The notes beneath the pieces were generated by a model that worked only from the letters and a program-made list of their open reading frames with translations, was not told the origin of the DNA and searched no databases. Source: an uncultured delta proteobacterium (GTDB lineage Bacteria > Desulfobacterota > WTBG01). From it: a DNA stretch of 64,000 nucleotides. Positions 29,231 to 38,569 of the stretch are shown here, piece by piece. Position numbers and translations under genes: made by a program. Positions within the stretch are counted from its first letter, which is position 1; each line of letters begins with the position of its first letter. The stretch lies in contig CAWCBP010000004.1 of NCBI GenBank assembly GCA_963793865.1, forward strand, positions 322,127 through 386,126, given 5' to 3'.

Positions 29231-30154
29231 TTACAAAACGGGGCGGGGCAGCAGCCCGGCCTTCTGGACAATCTCCGGGACGCGGTGCTCCCACTCGATG
29301 GCCATAAGGTGGATGCCCGCCACCCCTTTCATGGTTTTGAATTCCTCGATCTGCTCGCAGCAGATGGCGATGCCCTCGGCCGCCTGGGCCTTTTTCTCAA
29401 CGCCTTCAATCCGCTTGATGACCCAGTCGGGGACATCCATGCCGGGAACATTTTTCTGCATGTAGCGCGCCATGCCCAGCGACTTCATGGGCGTGACGCC
29501 GGCCAGGATGTACACCTTCTCGGTGAGGCCCATGTCGCGCGCCTGGCTGATCCAGGTCCTGAACCGCTCCATGTTATAGATGCACTGGGTCTGTATGAAG
29601 TCGACTCCCGCCGCTATCTTTTTGGCCAGCCGGTGGACCCTGAACTCGTAGGGCTCGGCAAAAGGGTTCGCGGCGGCACCGATAAACATTTCGGGGGCTT
29701 TGGTAAGCGCCTCGCCGTTTAAAAATGTCCTCTCGTCGCGCATCTTCTTGACCATGCCGATGAGCTGGACGGAATCAATGTCAAACACCTTTTTGCTTTT
29801 GGGGTGGTCGCCGAAGATCTGGTGGTCGCCGGAGAGGCAGAGCATGTTCCTGATGCCCAGGGCAAATGCCCCCAGGATGTCGGATTGCATGGCAATCCGG
29901 TTGCGGTCCCTGCAGACCATCTGGTAATTGGGCTCCAGCCCCTCTCCTGATGAGAGGATGCAGGCGGCCCAGCTGGCCATGCGCACAACCGCCGTCTGGT
30001 TGTCGGTAATATTGATGGCGTCAACCGTGCCTTTGAAATGCTTGGCCTTTTCCTGTATCACCTCCGCGTCCGCTCCGCGGGGCGGGCCGAGTTCCCCGGT
30101 TACGGCGAACTGCCCCGCGCTGAGCACCTTCTCCAAATTGCTTCCTGATTTCAT
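29231..30154 (-). CDS. metF: Methylene-THF reductase MetF
   Basis: ELGPPRG, NITDNQTA, CRDRNRIAMQSD, LCLSGDH, KKIAAG.DFIQTQ, GIHLMAI. Confidence 0.92.
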   Translation of the reverse strand: MKSGSNLEKVLSAGQFAVTGELGPPRGADAEVIQEKAKHFKGTVDAINITDNQTAVVRMASWAACILSSGEGLEPNYQMVCRDRNRIAMQSDILGAFALGIRNMLCLSGDHQIFGDHPKSKKVFDIDSVQLIGMVKKMRDERTFLNGEALTKAPEMFIGAAANPFAEPYEFRVHRLAKKIAAGVDFIQTQCIYNMERFRTWISQARDMGLTEKVYILAGVTPMKSLGMARYMQKNVPGMDVPDWVIKRIEGVEKKAQAAEGIAICCEQIEEFKTMKGVAGIHLMAIEWEHRVPEIVQKAGLLPRPVL

Positions 30155-30231
30155 CTCCCGGCTCCTGTTTCGGATGCCTAGTGGCGCAGGCTGCAGGTAG
30201 CTGACTTAGCAAGGGCGAGGCATGTCGCCTG

Positions 30232-30909
30232 TCAGGACTTCGGCGTGTATCTGTCCCTGTACTCTTCCAAAACAATGCTTCGCTGAACCTGGTCCTGCCA
30301 CTCCCTGGGCGCGTATATTTTATGAATGCTGTCCAGCCTGCCCTGCGCCTTCAGCCGTTCGTAGATATTCACCCAGGCGCAGGGGATGTCCGTGCTTACC
30401 TCGCAATGGCCGTCTTTGGGCCCGCCGCAGGGCCCGTTAAAGAGGGATTTGGCGCACATGGTCACCGGACAAATTCCGGCGGTCATGTCCAGCACGCAGT
30501 CGCCGCAGCACTTGCAGCGCTCTTCATACCATCCGATATCCCGGTTGACGCCCACAAAGGTGGTGTTGACCGCCGGAAAAACCGGCTTGTCGGGAAACCG
30601 CTCCGCCAGAAATTGAATTCCCGCGCCGCAGGCCATGGAGAGAAGCGCCCCGTACGGTTTGACCATCCGGTCAAGCTCCGCCAAAAAGGGCACTTCGCAC
30701 TGGCGCTCCACTGTATACCCGTCGATACTGAAGGGGATCCCCTCCCCTTTGAATGAAAGCGACAGACGGAGGTTCAAATTGTCAACTTCCTTCTGGCCGC
30801 CCGCCAGGCAGACAGCGACGCATCCCCCGCATCCCACATTCAGAACCCGGCCGCAGCCCTTGAGCATCGCCTTTATCTCTTCCAGTGGCTTAATTTCCGC
30901 TATTACCAT
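30232..30909 (-). CDS. metV: Methylene-THF reductase Fe-S/Zn subunit MetV
   Basis: CGGC..VC, RQCE, ACGAG, CxxCGDC...GICP.T.C.KSL.NGPCGG...CEV....CAW. Confidence 0.9.
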   Translation of the reverse strand: MVIAEIKPLEEIKAMLKGCGRVLNVGCGGCVAVCLAGGQKEVDNLNLRLSLSFKGEGIPFSIDGYTVERQCEVPFLAELDRMVKPYGALLSMACGAGIQFLAERFPDKPVFPAVNTTFVGVNRDIGWYEERCKCCGDCVLDMTAGICPVTMCAKSLFNGPCGGPKDGHCEVSTDIPCAWVNIYERLKAQGRLDSIHKIYAPREWQDQVQRSIVLEEYRDRYTPKS

Positions 30910-30968
30910 GTCTTAGACTCCCTGATTTACTGTTTTCTCAGACATGCTTGTATCCGGTAGGAGCGGCT

Positions 30969-31523
30969 TTAAGCCGCGAATTTTCGATGGGATATGCTTA
31001 ACAGCTCGACTGCGTTCCATCGCAATGACATACCGATTGTCTGCCGATTTACATCAATGACAGATACATTGACAGCATTGAGATCCCGTTTCATTAACTT
31101 GCGGCGAGGCGTATCCCGGTACTCGCCCGCCGGCCCGCCCACCGAATGCGGATACATGCCGTAAATGCCCTGCGAGCGCAAAATGGACCGCGCAAAGGCG
31201 ATCATGTTGGGAATATCAATGCCGAAGGGACAATAGCATCGCCCGCAGAGCGCGCAGTTTTTGAAGACCAGCTCCTTCATCTCTTCAAGCTGGGCGCGGT
31301 TTACCCTGCCGCGCTTTTTGTACAGCCGCCCCAGGGAACGCACCACTTTATACGAGGGCATGTAGCGGGGATCCTTGTCATGGCCCATGAACAGAAAGCA
31401 GCTCTCCGCGCACAGGCTGCAGCTTGCGCACGCGGTGAGACAGAGCTGCATCCTGCTCTTTTTCTGCCCGAGCAGCTCCCTGATTTTCGCCGTGTCGACC
31501 GCCGGTTTCTTATGTTCAGGCAT
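30969..31523 (-). CDS. 2x[4Fe-4S] protein like the N-terminal domain of TmcB/HmcF (no CCG domains)
   Basis: CASCSLCAESC, P..MPSYK, CALCGRCYCPFGID. The last ~40 aa look like run-on into a repeat remnant. Confidence 0.75.
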   Translation of the reverse strand: MPEHKKPAVDTAKIRELLGQKKSRMQLCLTACASCSLCAESCFLFMGHDKDPRYMPSYKVVRSLGRLYKKRGRVNRAQLEEMKELVFKNCALCGRCYCPFGIDIPNMIAFARSILRSQGIYGMYPHSVGGPAGEYRDTPRRKLMKRDLNAVNVSVIDVNRQTIGMSLRWNAVELLSISHRKFAA

Positions 31524-31541
31524 CGGGTCTCCTTTTCCTTC

Positions 31542-32228
31542 CTACCGCGACCAAGTCCTGTTGCCCCGCCCGAAAGCGTATTCTCCGCCCATGAGCATTC
31601 TCACAAAAAAGAAAAACACCATGTGCCCGATTTTGCTGAAAGGAATGGCGATAAGCATTGCCTCGCCCGCAAGCATGTGCAGGGTAATGACTGTCTTGTA
31701 ATCAAACCACTGATGATAGGCGAAAAGGCCGGTCAGAAACGGAGCGGCGGTCAGGAAGAGCACGGCATAATCATAGGCGGTGGAGATGGCCTGCACGCGG
31801 GGAATCACCATGCGGCGCATGAGAAAGAAGAGGGCGCATGCCAAAAGGATCATGGTAAAAAGATCGATCAGTCCATCAGGCAGGCTGGGAAGCGAAATCT
31901 TCCAGGACTCGTAGAACAACAGACTGTGGCCGAGGGCAAGCAGCGGGGCAAGAAAAAGGCAGCTGTGGAATATCACGCTCACGATGGCCATGACCGGGTT
32001 TTTCCCGATGAGCGTGTTCTGGAAGGCAACAATCATGTTTATCTTTTTCTCTTCGTCTGTCGCAGCGGCGGGAGGGGCTGCCCCGGCAGGGCGGGCGGGA
32101 CAGAGGATGCGCTCCTTCCGCCCGGTTAATAAAAACAGCTGCAGGGCCCGCACGGCAATGCCGCACACAAAAATAAGCGCCGAGATCCACACCAGCGGTC
32201 CCCGGGCCAATTCATACAGCATCTGCAT
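31542..32228 (-). CDS. Di-heme cytochrome b membrane subunit (NarI family, TmcC/HmcE-like)
   Basis: YEL..GPL.W start, five or more TM helices, four His ligands (FHS, GHS, LHM, IPFSKIGHM). Confidence 0.85.
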   Translation of the reverse strand: MQMLYELARGPLVWISALIFVCGIAVRALQLFLLTGRKERILCPARPAGAAPPAAATDEEKKINMIVAFQNTLIGKNPVMAIVSVIFHSCLFLAPLLALGHSLLFYESWKISLPSLPDGLIDLFTMILLACALFFLMRRMVIPRVQAISTAYDYAVLFLTAAPFLTGLFAYHQWFDYKTVITLHMLAGEAMLIAIPFSKIGHMVFFFFVRMLMGGEYAFGRGNRTWSR

Positions 32229-32305
32229 ACAGCTACTCCTTTAACGCCGGGCAGATAAGAACATCCTGTACGTAACGCAGCAGATGGGTGTTTTTCACCA
32301 GCCTG

Positions 32306-33193
32306 CTATGTGTCCAGCCAGGAGTTAGAGAACAATACCTGCCCCTGAAGCACTTTCACTGATTTGGCATACTGCTTTTCTTTTTCTGAAAGGCCCGCCA
32401 TGTCAACCGGCCGTCCGTCCATCAGCTTCGCAACCAGCTCGAACAGTTCCGGCATCCCGCCTTTGCAGAGGGCCATCATTTCCTTATCGTACGCGTCAAC
32501 AATAGCCGAGTAGAGCCCCTGCTTGTGGAGCATCAGGAGATAGGGACGGTTCAAAAAGGGGCGCAATGCGTCAGGGGCGCCATTGGAGACGTTTGACAAT
32601 CCCACGGTCGATTTGCAGCCGGGGCCCAGATCCTGCAGCATGCCCATAAACTCCAGACAGGCCTTCACCTGGTTTATCTCCCCGCTGATGGGGGTTGCAA
32701 TAGGATCGATGAAAATGTCCTCATTGGGAATGCCCTTTTCGTTTGCCTTGATTATAAGGTCCACGGCCAGGGAAGCCCGTTCGTTCACGTCCCGGGGCAT
32801 TCCGTCGGTCCCCCAGAGCAGGCCCACCATGAGCGCGCCGTATTTTTTTACCAGGTCGAGTCCCGGATCAATGCGGTCAAGCTGACAGGAAACGGAATTG
32901 ACCAGGGGGCGCCCGCCTTTTTTGTGCGCCTTCAAGCCCGCCTCCATGGCCTCCAGGTTGGTGGTATCAAGCGAGAGGGGCAGATCTACCACCTCGTGGA
33001 TGGTCCTGACCAGCCACTCCATCATCTCGGCGCCGCCCTTGCGCGCGGGCCCTATGTTGACGTCGAGAAACTGCGCACCGGCCTCTGCCTCGGCGATGGC
33101 CATTTCCTGGATGGGCTTGGAGTTTTTCTCCCGCATGGCCGGCCCTATGGTCTTGGACATGATGTTAATGCTCTCGGCGATGGCTACTATCAT
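32306..33193 (-). CDS. acsE: Methyl-THF:corrinoid Fe-S protein methyltransferase
   Basis: IAESINIMS, LDVNIGP, LSLDTTN, FIDP, GLSNVSNG. Confidence 0.9.
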   Translation of the reverse strand: MIVAIAESINIMSKTIGPAMREKNSKPIQEMAIAEAEAGAQFLDVNIGPARKGGAEMMEWLVRTIHEVVDLPLSLDTTNLEAMEAGLKAHKKGGRPLVNSVSCQLDRIDPGLDLVKKYGALMVGLLWGTDGMPRDVNERASLAVDLIIKANEKGIPNEDIFIDPIATPISGEINQVKACLEFMGMLQDLGPGCKSTVGLSNVSNGAPDALRPFLNRPYLLMLHKQGLYSAIVDAYDKEMMALCKGGMPELFELVAKLMDGRPVDMAGLSEKEKQYAKSVKVLQGQVLFSNSWLDT

Positions 33194-33346
33194 GGCTTTG
33201 ATCCCCCCGTGTGTGTCACAATCGTTAATAATAAACCAAACATGGTTGAACTTTCGGCAGGAGCGCATTCATGCGCGATTCATCAGCGGCTTAAAGCCGC
33301 TCCTGCCGGTTGTCACTCAGTCAGACTCCCGCCGGCATGAGAAAGC

Positions 33347-34702
33347 TTATGCCTTCCCGGAGGCGAGATTTTTCAGGAAGGGCGTAATGTGGGCAGCTTC
33401 CCGCGGCCCGATTTGAACCTCCCAGTCCTTAAGCTCTTCATCCAGTTCTCCGCTGATGGTTGCGGCCGCCCCCGGTATGATGAGCTTTCTGTGCTTGATC
33501 TTCCCCTCGATCCCGCACTTTTTTACAAACGGGGCGATGGCATCGGCCACAAACTTTCCCGCCGCCCAGGCGGTGAGCACCGAAAGTCCCTCGGTATCCT
33601 TGATGAGCAGCCAGGCGGGAATCCGGCTGGACTCCACCTCGCCCGACACAATAAAATAGGTGAGGGAGAAGTTGCTGGTTATCAGCACCGGCGAGTTTTC
33701 GTCGGGGTTGTTGATCTCGTAAATCCCCTCGGTAGTGGCCATGGGCCGCTGGGGATCGGTGTAGATGTTCATCCGCTGCAGCGCCAGCGGGAAAAGATTG
33801 TGCCCTTCAACCGTTGAAAGAATGATGATGCCGCCGTACTTGGGTATGAAGGTTGAGGCGATAATGGCCTCCTGGACGGGGTCGTCCGTCATCTCGCAGG
33901 GGAAGACAATGGTGGGGAAACCCAAGGGGCGGAACCGGTCAACAAGGGCCGCCCTGCGAATGGCGATGTGGTCCTGAAATGCCCGGCTCAGCTTTCTGGC
34001 GCCGGTGTCCACAACGATGTCCTTGATCTTCATCTCGGTGAGCTTGGCGGTCATGGCGGCAACCTCCTCCAGGCCGTTCCCCTTTACCGCCAGCGGGCAG
34101 TTGTGCTCAAGGGCCAGTTTGCCCAGTTCCTCGAGATTTCCGTTTGTTGCCGCATAGAGAAGCGGTTTGCAATCAGCGGCCGCCGTTACCCCCGCCTTCA
34201 GGACCCCGGTTGTATCGCTCATCAAAACCAGGTTTTTAATCCCCGCCTTCATCACCTTTTCAACCGTCCCGGCAAACTTCCCGGCATCCCCGGTGGTATC
34301 CTTTACGGCCACGATGTCCGCTTTCAAAAGAAGGCCGACCCGCTCGTACTCAAGCTCCCTGAACGTTTTCAGCCGGCTTTCCAGCTCGGCATCTCCCATG
34401 GCATCGGTGATGAGAAGGCCGATGCCGGGCTTGTTGACAAAGGTTTTTTCGTGCCGGAAGATCACCGTCTCACCGCCGACTTTCAGGGCCCCTTCACCCG
34501 GGCCGATCACCACCGGGCGGATGGGCGGCGCGGAGGCCTCTTCCAGCTTCTCCCGCGATTCCTTGCTCACATAGGGGCAGGAGTCCAGCTCCGCCTGTCC
34601 CGCAGCCAGTTTCACCGCGAAGGCCATGCAGGTGGGAACACCGCATTCCTGGCAGTTTGTCTTGGGAAGCAATTTAAAAATTTCAATTCCGGTAAGCGCC
34701 AT
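33347..34702 (-). CDS. acsC: Corrinoid Fe-S protein large (gamma) subunit
   Basis: LPKTNCQECGVPTCMAFA, FRHEKTF, IYTDPQRP, NFSLTYF, GLSVLTAWAAGKF. Confidence 0.95.
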   Translation of the reverse strand: MALTGIEIFKLLPKTNCQECGVPTCMAFAVKLAAGQAELDSCPYVSKESREKLEEASAPPIRPVVIGPGEGALKVGGETVIFRHEKTFVNKPGIGLLITDAMGDAELESRLKTFRELEYERVGLLLKADIVAVKDTTGDAGKFAGTVEKVMKAGIKNLVLMSDTTGVLKAGVTAAADCKPLLYAATNGNLEELGKLALEHNCPLAVKGNGLEEVAAMTAKLTEMKIKDIVVDTGARKLSRAFQDHIAIRRAALVDRFRPLGFPTIVFPCEMTDDPVQEAIIASTFIPKYGGIIILSTVEGHNLFPLALQRMNIYTDPQRPMATTEGIYEINNPDENSPVLITSNFSLTYFIVSGEVESSRIPAWLLIKDTEGLSVLTAWAAGKFVADAIAPFVKKCGIEGKIKHRKLIIPGAAATISGELDEELKDWEVQIGPREAAHITPFLKNLASGKA

Positions 34703-34776
34703 CACTACCTCCTCGTAAGCTGTTGCCTCATTCCCGCGCGCTTAACAAGCGTGAAGATCATGCCCGCTTTCGCACG

Positions 34777-36984
34777 TCAGATCATGGACTCCATCTCCAG
34801 CGCCGGATGTTTCTTTTCCTTCAGGAAGGGCAGTATCTCCTCCTGGGTCAGGCCGACCGTTTCATCGGCAATGCGGTCCGCCAGGTTCTCCACGCCCAAA
34901 AGCTTCCCCTGCTCATTGATTTTGTCGCGAAGCTCCTCCTTGAGGTGCCTGGGTATCCACACCAGGCGCTTGATCCCCCCTTCGGCCTTGAGAAACTTTT
35001 TTGAACCGATGTAGTGCTTGCTGTGGCCCACAAAGCCGGGTGTCTGGTTGCCGCCTCCCACCGTGCCGGCAAGGGTGGTGAATTTCATGCCGCAGGGCGT
35101 GGACTCGCCCTTGAAGTCCCGGTCGACGGTCATCACCCCGTTGCATTTGTCCAGGTAGGCGGCGATGCATTCAAAGCATCCGCAGGAGGTCATGGGGTTG
35201 GACATAATGCTGTAGGCGTTCGCCGACTGCACATTGCCGCGGGAGGCCTTCCTGATAAAGCCGTTGACACCGGTCCAGCTTCCGTAGCGGCCGTCGAGCA
35301 CCTCGCCCTTCTCAATGGGCTGGTTGGGACCGGTGGGATTAATCTCGTTTGACGCCTTGCAGTCAAGCCAGTTGTAGGCGCCGCACAGCCCCGTTCTCTC
35401 GGGCGTCACCACGCAGACATGGGAGGGGGCGAATGACTGGCAGAGAGTGCAGGAATAGTACATCTGCTCATCTTCGTCGGTCATACCGGCAATGCGCTCG
35501 TCGCGGATTTTGAACACCTCCCGCGCCCGGCGGGTGATTTCCTGCACCTTCTCCTCCTCGGTGTAGAGGGTGATCTGCACCTTGTCCAGGATGGCGCCGA
35601 AATCTTTATGATACATGGCATGGATGATCCTGCCGATGTCCTTGAGGGTCAGCCCTTTTTCCACCGCCTGCTTGGCGATCCTGATCCAGGCTATGTCCCG
35701 CTGGCCGATATGCATCAGGCCCTGGGCGTAGTTGATCAGGTGATGGATCTGGCGCTCCAGGATGGGAAGAAAGTCCTCCTGCATCTGGCGGCCGGCAATC
35801 TCCACGAAGATGGCCAGCGGCAGCCTGCTCTTGGCGGGAACATCGGTAATGTCCTTGCCCACCAGCTCGATTTTCCCGTCCTCGACCTCCGACATGTCCT
35901 TCATCTCGGAAATCTCGATCATCTGCGTCCTTCCCCCGCCGCTCTCGAGGTATATGTCATCGCCGCGCACCCGCTCTCCCTCGAAGGCGGGGCCGTAGGC
36001 CACGGGAATGGGAACCTCGGTGACGCTTACCTTGAGACCCCTGACTTCAATGGCCCGCGCCACCATCTGCTCATGGGGGACATTGGAGACCACATGCTCA
36101 TAGGTGCAGATCCCCGTGGGCAGCACTTCCGGTATGGGGGTGTCGGCGATGACCGGAAACCCGAAATTGATGCAGCCCGCGGCGTTGGCGTACCATTCGT
36201 CGGAAACAAAACCCAGGGCGAGCACAAAGGCGAAGATGCGGTCCTTGTTGTAGATGAGGTTTTTTCTGAAGTCGCCCGGCTTGATGCCGCCGAAGGCCAT
36301 GGCGGCGCGCGCAGCAAACCCCAGCGCAAACACCGCCGCTGAGATGTCGGGACCGAAGGAAACCAGCCGCGTGTTCCAGCCGATCTGCACCCCCGCATCC
36401 ACCAGCTGCTCGGAAAACCTGACCCCGTCGGTGTGGGAGGCCATGAACACATAGAGATTTTTGAGCTGCAGCTCGTGGGCGATGTTCGCGGCCGTCTCCT
36501 TGTCGGGGGCCGCGCCCACCACCGCGGCGAAGCCGGGCGCGCTGCCGTCAACAAATTCAACCCCCCGCTTCCTCAGGATAATGTCATTGGCGGCGCCCAG
36601 CCAGATGTTGTTGTCCGAGACTTCTTCCCCGGTCAGGTAAAATTCAGGCTGCTCCAGGTAGCGGATGGCCTCCTCCACTTCTTCGTAGAAGAGGGTGGCC
36701 ATTCCCGCGTCCAGAGCGGGTGCCAGGTAGGGGAGGTGATGGGTTTCCTTTACCAGCGGCGGGAGCAGCGTCCTGCTCCGCCGGAACACCAGCTGGCAAT
36801 CACCCAGATTCTTCACCGGGATGCCCAGCATGGAGTAGATAATGGGAAGGTAATAGGCAGTGTCGGGAAATCCGATCTTCTGGTCGGGGCCATACCTGGC
36901 CAGCGCCCCGGCGTACTTTTCCTCAACACGGTGAGCAATCTTGTGCGCGCCCCGAATGGCCGCGGATGATATGATCTTGGACAC
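34777..36984 (-). CDS. acsB: Acetyl-CoA synthase (ACS, alpha/beta)
   Basis: A-cluster ligands CTLCQSFAP.HVC...GLCG and PMTSCGCFE; N-terminal FPDTAYYLP domain. Confidence 0.95.
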   Translation of the reverse strand: MSKIISSAAIRGAHKIAHRVEEKYAGALARYGPDQKIGFPDTAYYLPIIYSMLGIPVKNLGDCQLVFRRSRTLLPPLVKETHHLPYLAPALDAGMATLFYEEVEEAIRYLEQPEFYLTGEEVSDNNIWLGAANDIILRKRGVEFVDGSAPGFAAVVGAAPDKETAANIAHELQLKNLYVFMASHTDGVRFSEQLVDAGVQIGWNTRLVSFGPDISAAVFALGFAARAAMAFGGIKPGDFRKNLIYNKDRIFAFVLALGFVSDEWYANAAGCINFGFPVIADTPIPEVLPTGICTYEHVVSNVPHEQMVARAIEVRGLKVSVTEVPIPVAYGPAFEGERVRGDDIYLESGGGRTQMIEISEMKDMSEVEDGKIELVGKDITDVPAKSRLPLAIFVEIAGRQMQEDFLPILERQIHHLINYAQGLMHIGQRDIAWIRIAKQAVEKGLTLKDIGRIIHAMYHKDFGAILDKVQITLYTEEEKVQEITRRAREVFKIRDERIAGMTDEDEQMYYSCTLCQSFAPSHVCVVTPERTGLCGAYNWLDCKASNEINPTGPNQPIEKGEVLDGRYGSWTGVNGFIRKASRGNVQSANAYSIMSNPMTSCGCFECIAAYLDKCNGVMTVDRDFKGESTPCGMKFTTLAGTVGGGNQTPGFVGHSKHYIGSKKFLKAEGGIKRLVWIPRHLKEELRDKINEQGKLLGVENLADRIADETVGLTQEEILPFLKEKKHPALEMESMI

Positions 36985-37016
36985 GGGTCTCCTCCTTCGA
37001 GGGATTAATAATTAAG

Positions 37017-38543
37017 CTACGCCGGCTTCTTGCGCCGCTCGCTGCCATATCCTTCGCCGTACCAGTAATGCAGCCCGGTCTTCACCTGCCGGATCAGCTC
37101 TTCCTTGTCTTCAAGCCTGCCGCGCCAGTCGCCTTTTCCCTCCGCCCGGCCCGCCTCGTAGTTGTTCTGAATCAGCTTAACCTGACGGCCGGCAAAATCC
37201 TTCTTTTCCTCGAGGCTATAGCTGTACCCCTCGGTCGGATCCTCGAGCGGCGACCAGGCCGGCGCCGGCTGAAAGGCGGGTTTGGCCGCCTCCTGCGATG
37301 GGCTTCCTGGAATTCCAGCGACTACCTCAATCGGGGCCGTTTCGGCCGCGGCCGCCTGTGCCGACATCAGGACCAGGTCATCCCCCGCTGCCTCGTCGTC
37401 CGCAATAATCCTGATGAGCGCCATGGCGCATCCCGGTGCCAGTTCCGACGGAGTGTCCATGCACTGCACGATTTTACAGCGCGCGCCATCCCGGAGAGAC
37501 GCCATGACCGCCGAGGCTGTCCCGGCGGCAGCCGCGGGCCGCGGTGCGGGCGCCGCCCCCTTCTGCAGGGGGGTTACCGTCGCCTTCGCCCGTGCCGGCA
37601 GCGCGAAACCGCCCAGCTCCGCAATGTACTCGCGCACCCGGCTGATGGCCTCCGGGTGCCGCATGACCAGCAGTTCGGCCCCGGCATTCAAAAGAGTGAC
37701 GGCGGTTATGGCCTCCATGAGCACGCCCCTTTTCGCGGCATCGCCCATTTTGGCGTCGGAGGGCAATTTTGCCTCCTTGCATTTCCATACCTCGTCCGCC
37801 AGGTTGCTCATGAAAGGGCACTGCAACTTGTCATCGTCCTGGGTCAGCGCGGCCTGCCGTATGCGCTCCATAACCGAAAAGGTGTACTCAATACCGTAGC
37901 CGAGGCCGCCGGTGGTGGGGTCTATAATGATTTTGTCAAGGGGAACGCCGAGATTGTTGAGCAGGATGTTGAGCTGTTTCGCCAGATTGATGTCGATGGG
38001 GCTGTTAGCGACCACGGTCAGGTTGTACGCCAGCGCCTGGGCGCCCAGCTGCCGGTGGTTGTCCTCGCAGACGGGCCCGATCATTAAATCCTTTCCGGCG
38101 CACACCTCGGCCACCTTGCTCAGCACCTCCGCGTCCTTGGCCGCGTTGGCGCAGCCCCACACCAAAAGCGGGACCTTTATGGCGGCGGCAACCTCTTTCG
38201 CGGTTTGCGCCGCATCCGCGGCGCTCCGGTTGAGACCGTTGGGATCCGTGCTCTTGAGCCAGAGCTGGATAAAATCAGCGCCGTATTCGTCCTGCGCTTT
38301 TTTGGCCCAGGCCACCGGATCGTTGAGCACATCCCGGTAGGGCTCAAGGCAGGCCTCCGCCCAGTCGTCAGGGGCGCAATCCGGCACCTGTATTCCGATT
38401 CTGGGCGCGTTGGGCATCTTACCCTCGAAGGTGAAAAAGGGATAGGCCGTATCGCCGCCGACCGTGAATGCCTTTTCTCCCGAGCCGATGATGATCGGCC
38501 GAACGCTGCCGGCATATTTCTGGGGTGAAATCGTGACTGCCAT
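37017..38543 (-). CDS. acsD: Corrinoid Fe-S protein small (delta) subunit with ~190-aa C-terminal extension
   Basis: SPIDINLAKQLNILL, DPTTGGLGYGIEY, MERIR.AAL, VMRHP; Ala/Pro-rich tail follows. Confidence 0.92.
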   Translation of the reverse strand: MAVTISPQKYAGSVRPIIIGSGEKAFTVGGDTAYPFFTFEGKMPNAPRIGIQVPDCAPDDWAEACLEPYRDVLNDPVAWAKKAQDEYGADFIQLWLKSTDPNGLNRSAADAAQTAKEVAAAIKVPLLVWGCANAAKDAEVLSKVAEVCAGKDLMIGPVCEDNHRQLGAQALAYNLTVVANSPIDINLAKQLNILLNNLGVPLDKIIIDPTTGGLGYGIEYTFSVMERIRQAALTQDDDKLQCPFMSNLADEVWKCKEAKLPSDAKMGDAAKRGVLMEAITAVTLLNAGAELLVMRHPEAISRVREYIAELGGFALPARAKATVTPLQKGAAPAPRPAAAAGTASAVMASLRDGARCKIVQCMDTPSELAPGCAMALIRIIADDEAAGDDLVLMSAQAAAAETAPIEVVAGIPGSPSQEAAKPAFQPAPAWSPLEDPTEGYSYSLEEKKDFAGRQVKLIQNNYEAGRAEGKGDWRGRLEDKEELIRQVKTGLHYWYGEGYGSERRKKPA

Positions 38544-38569
38544 GAAATACCTCCTGTGCGCAAACTGCT

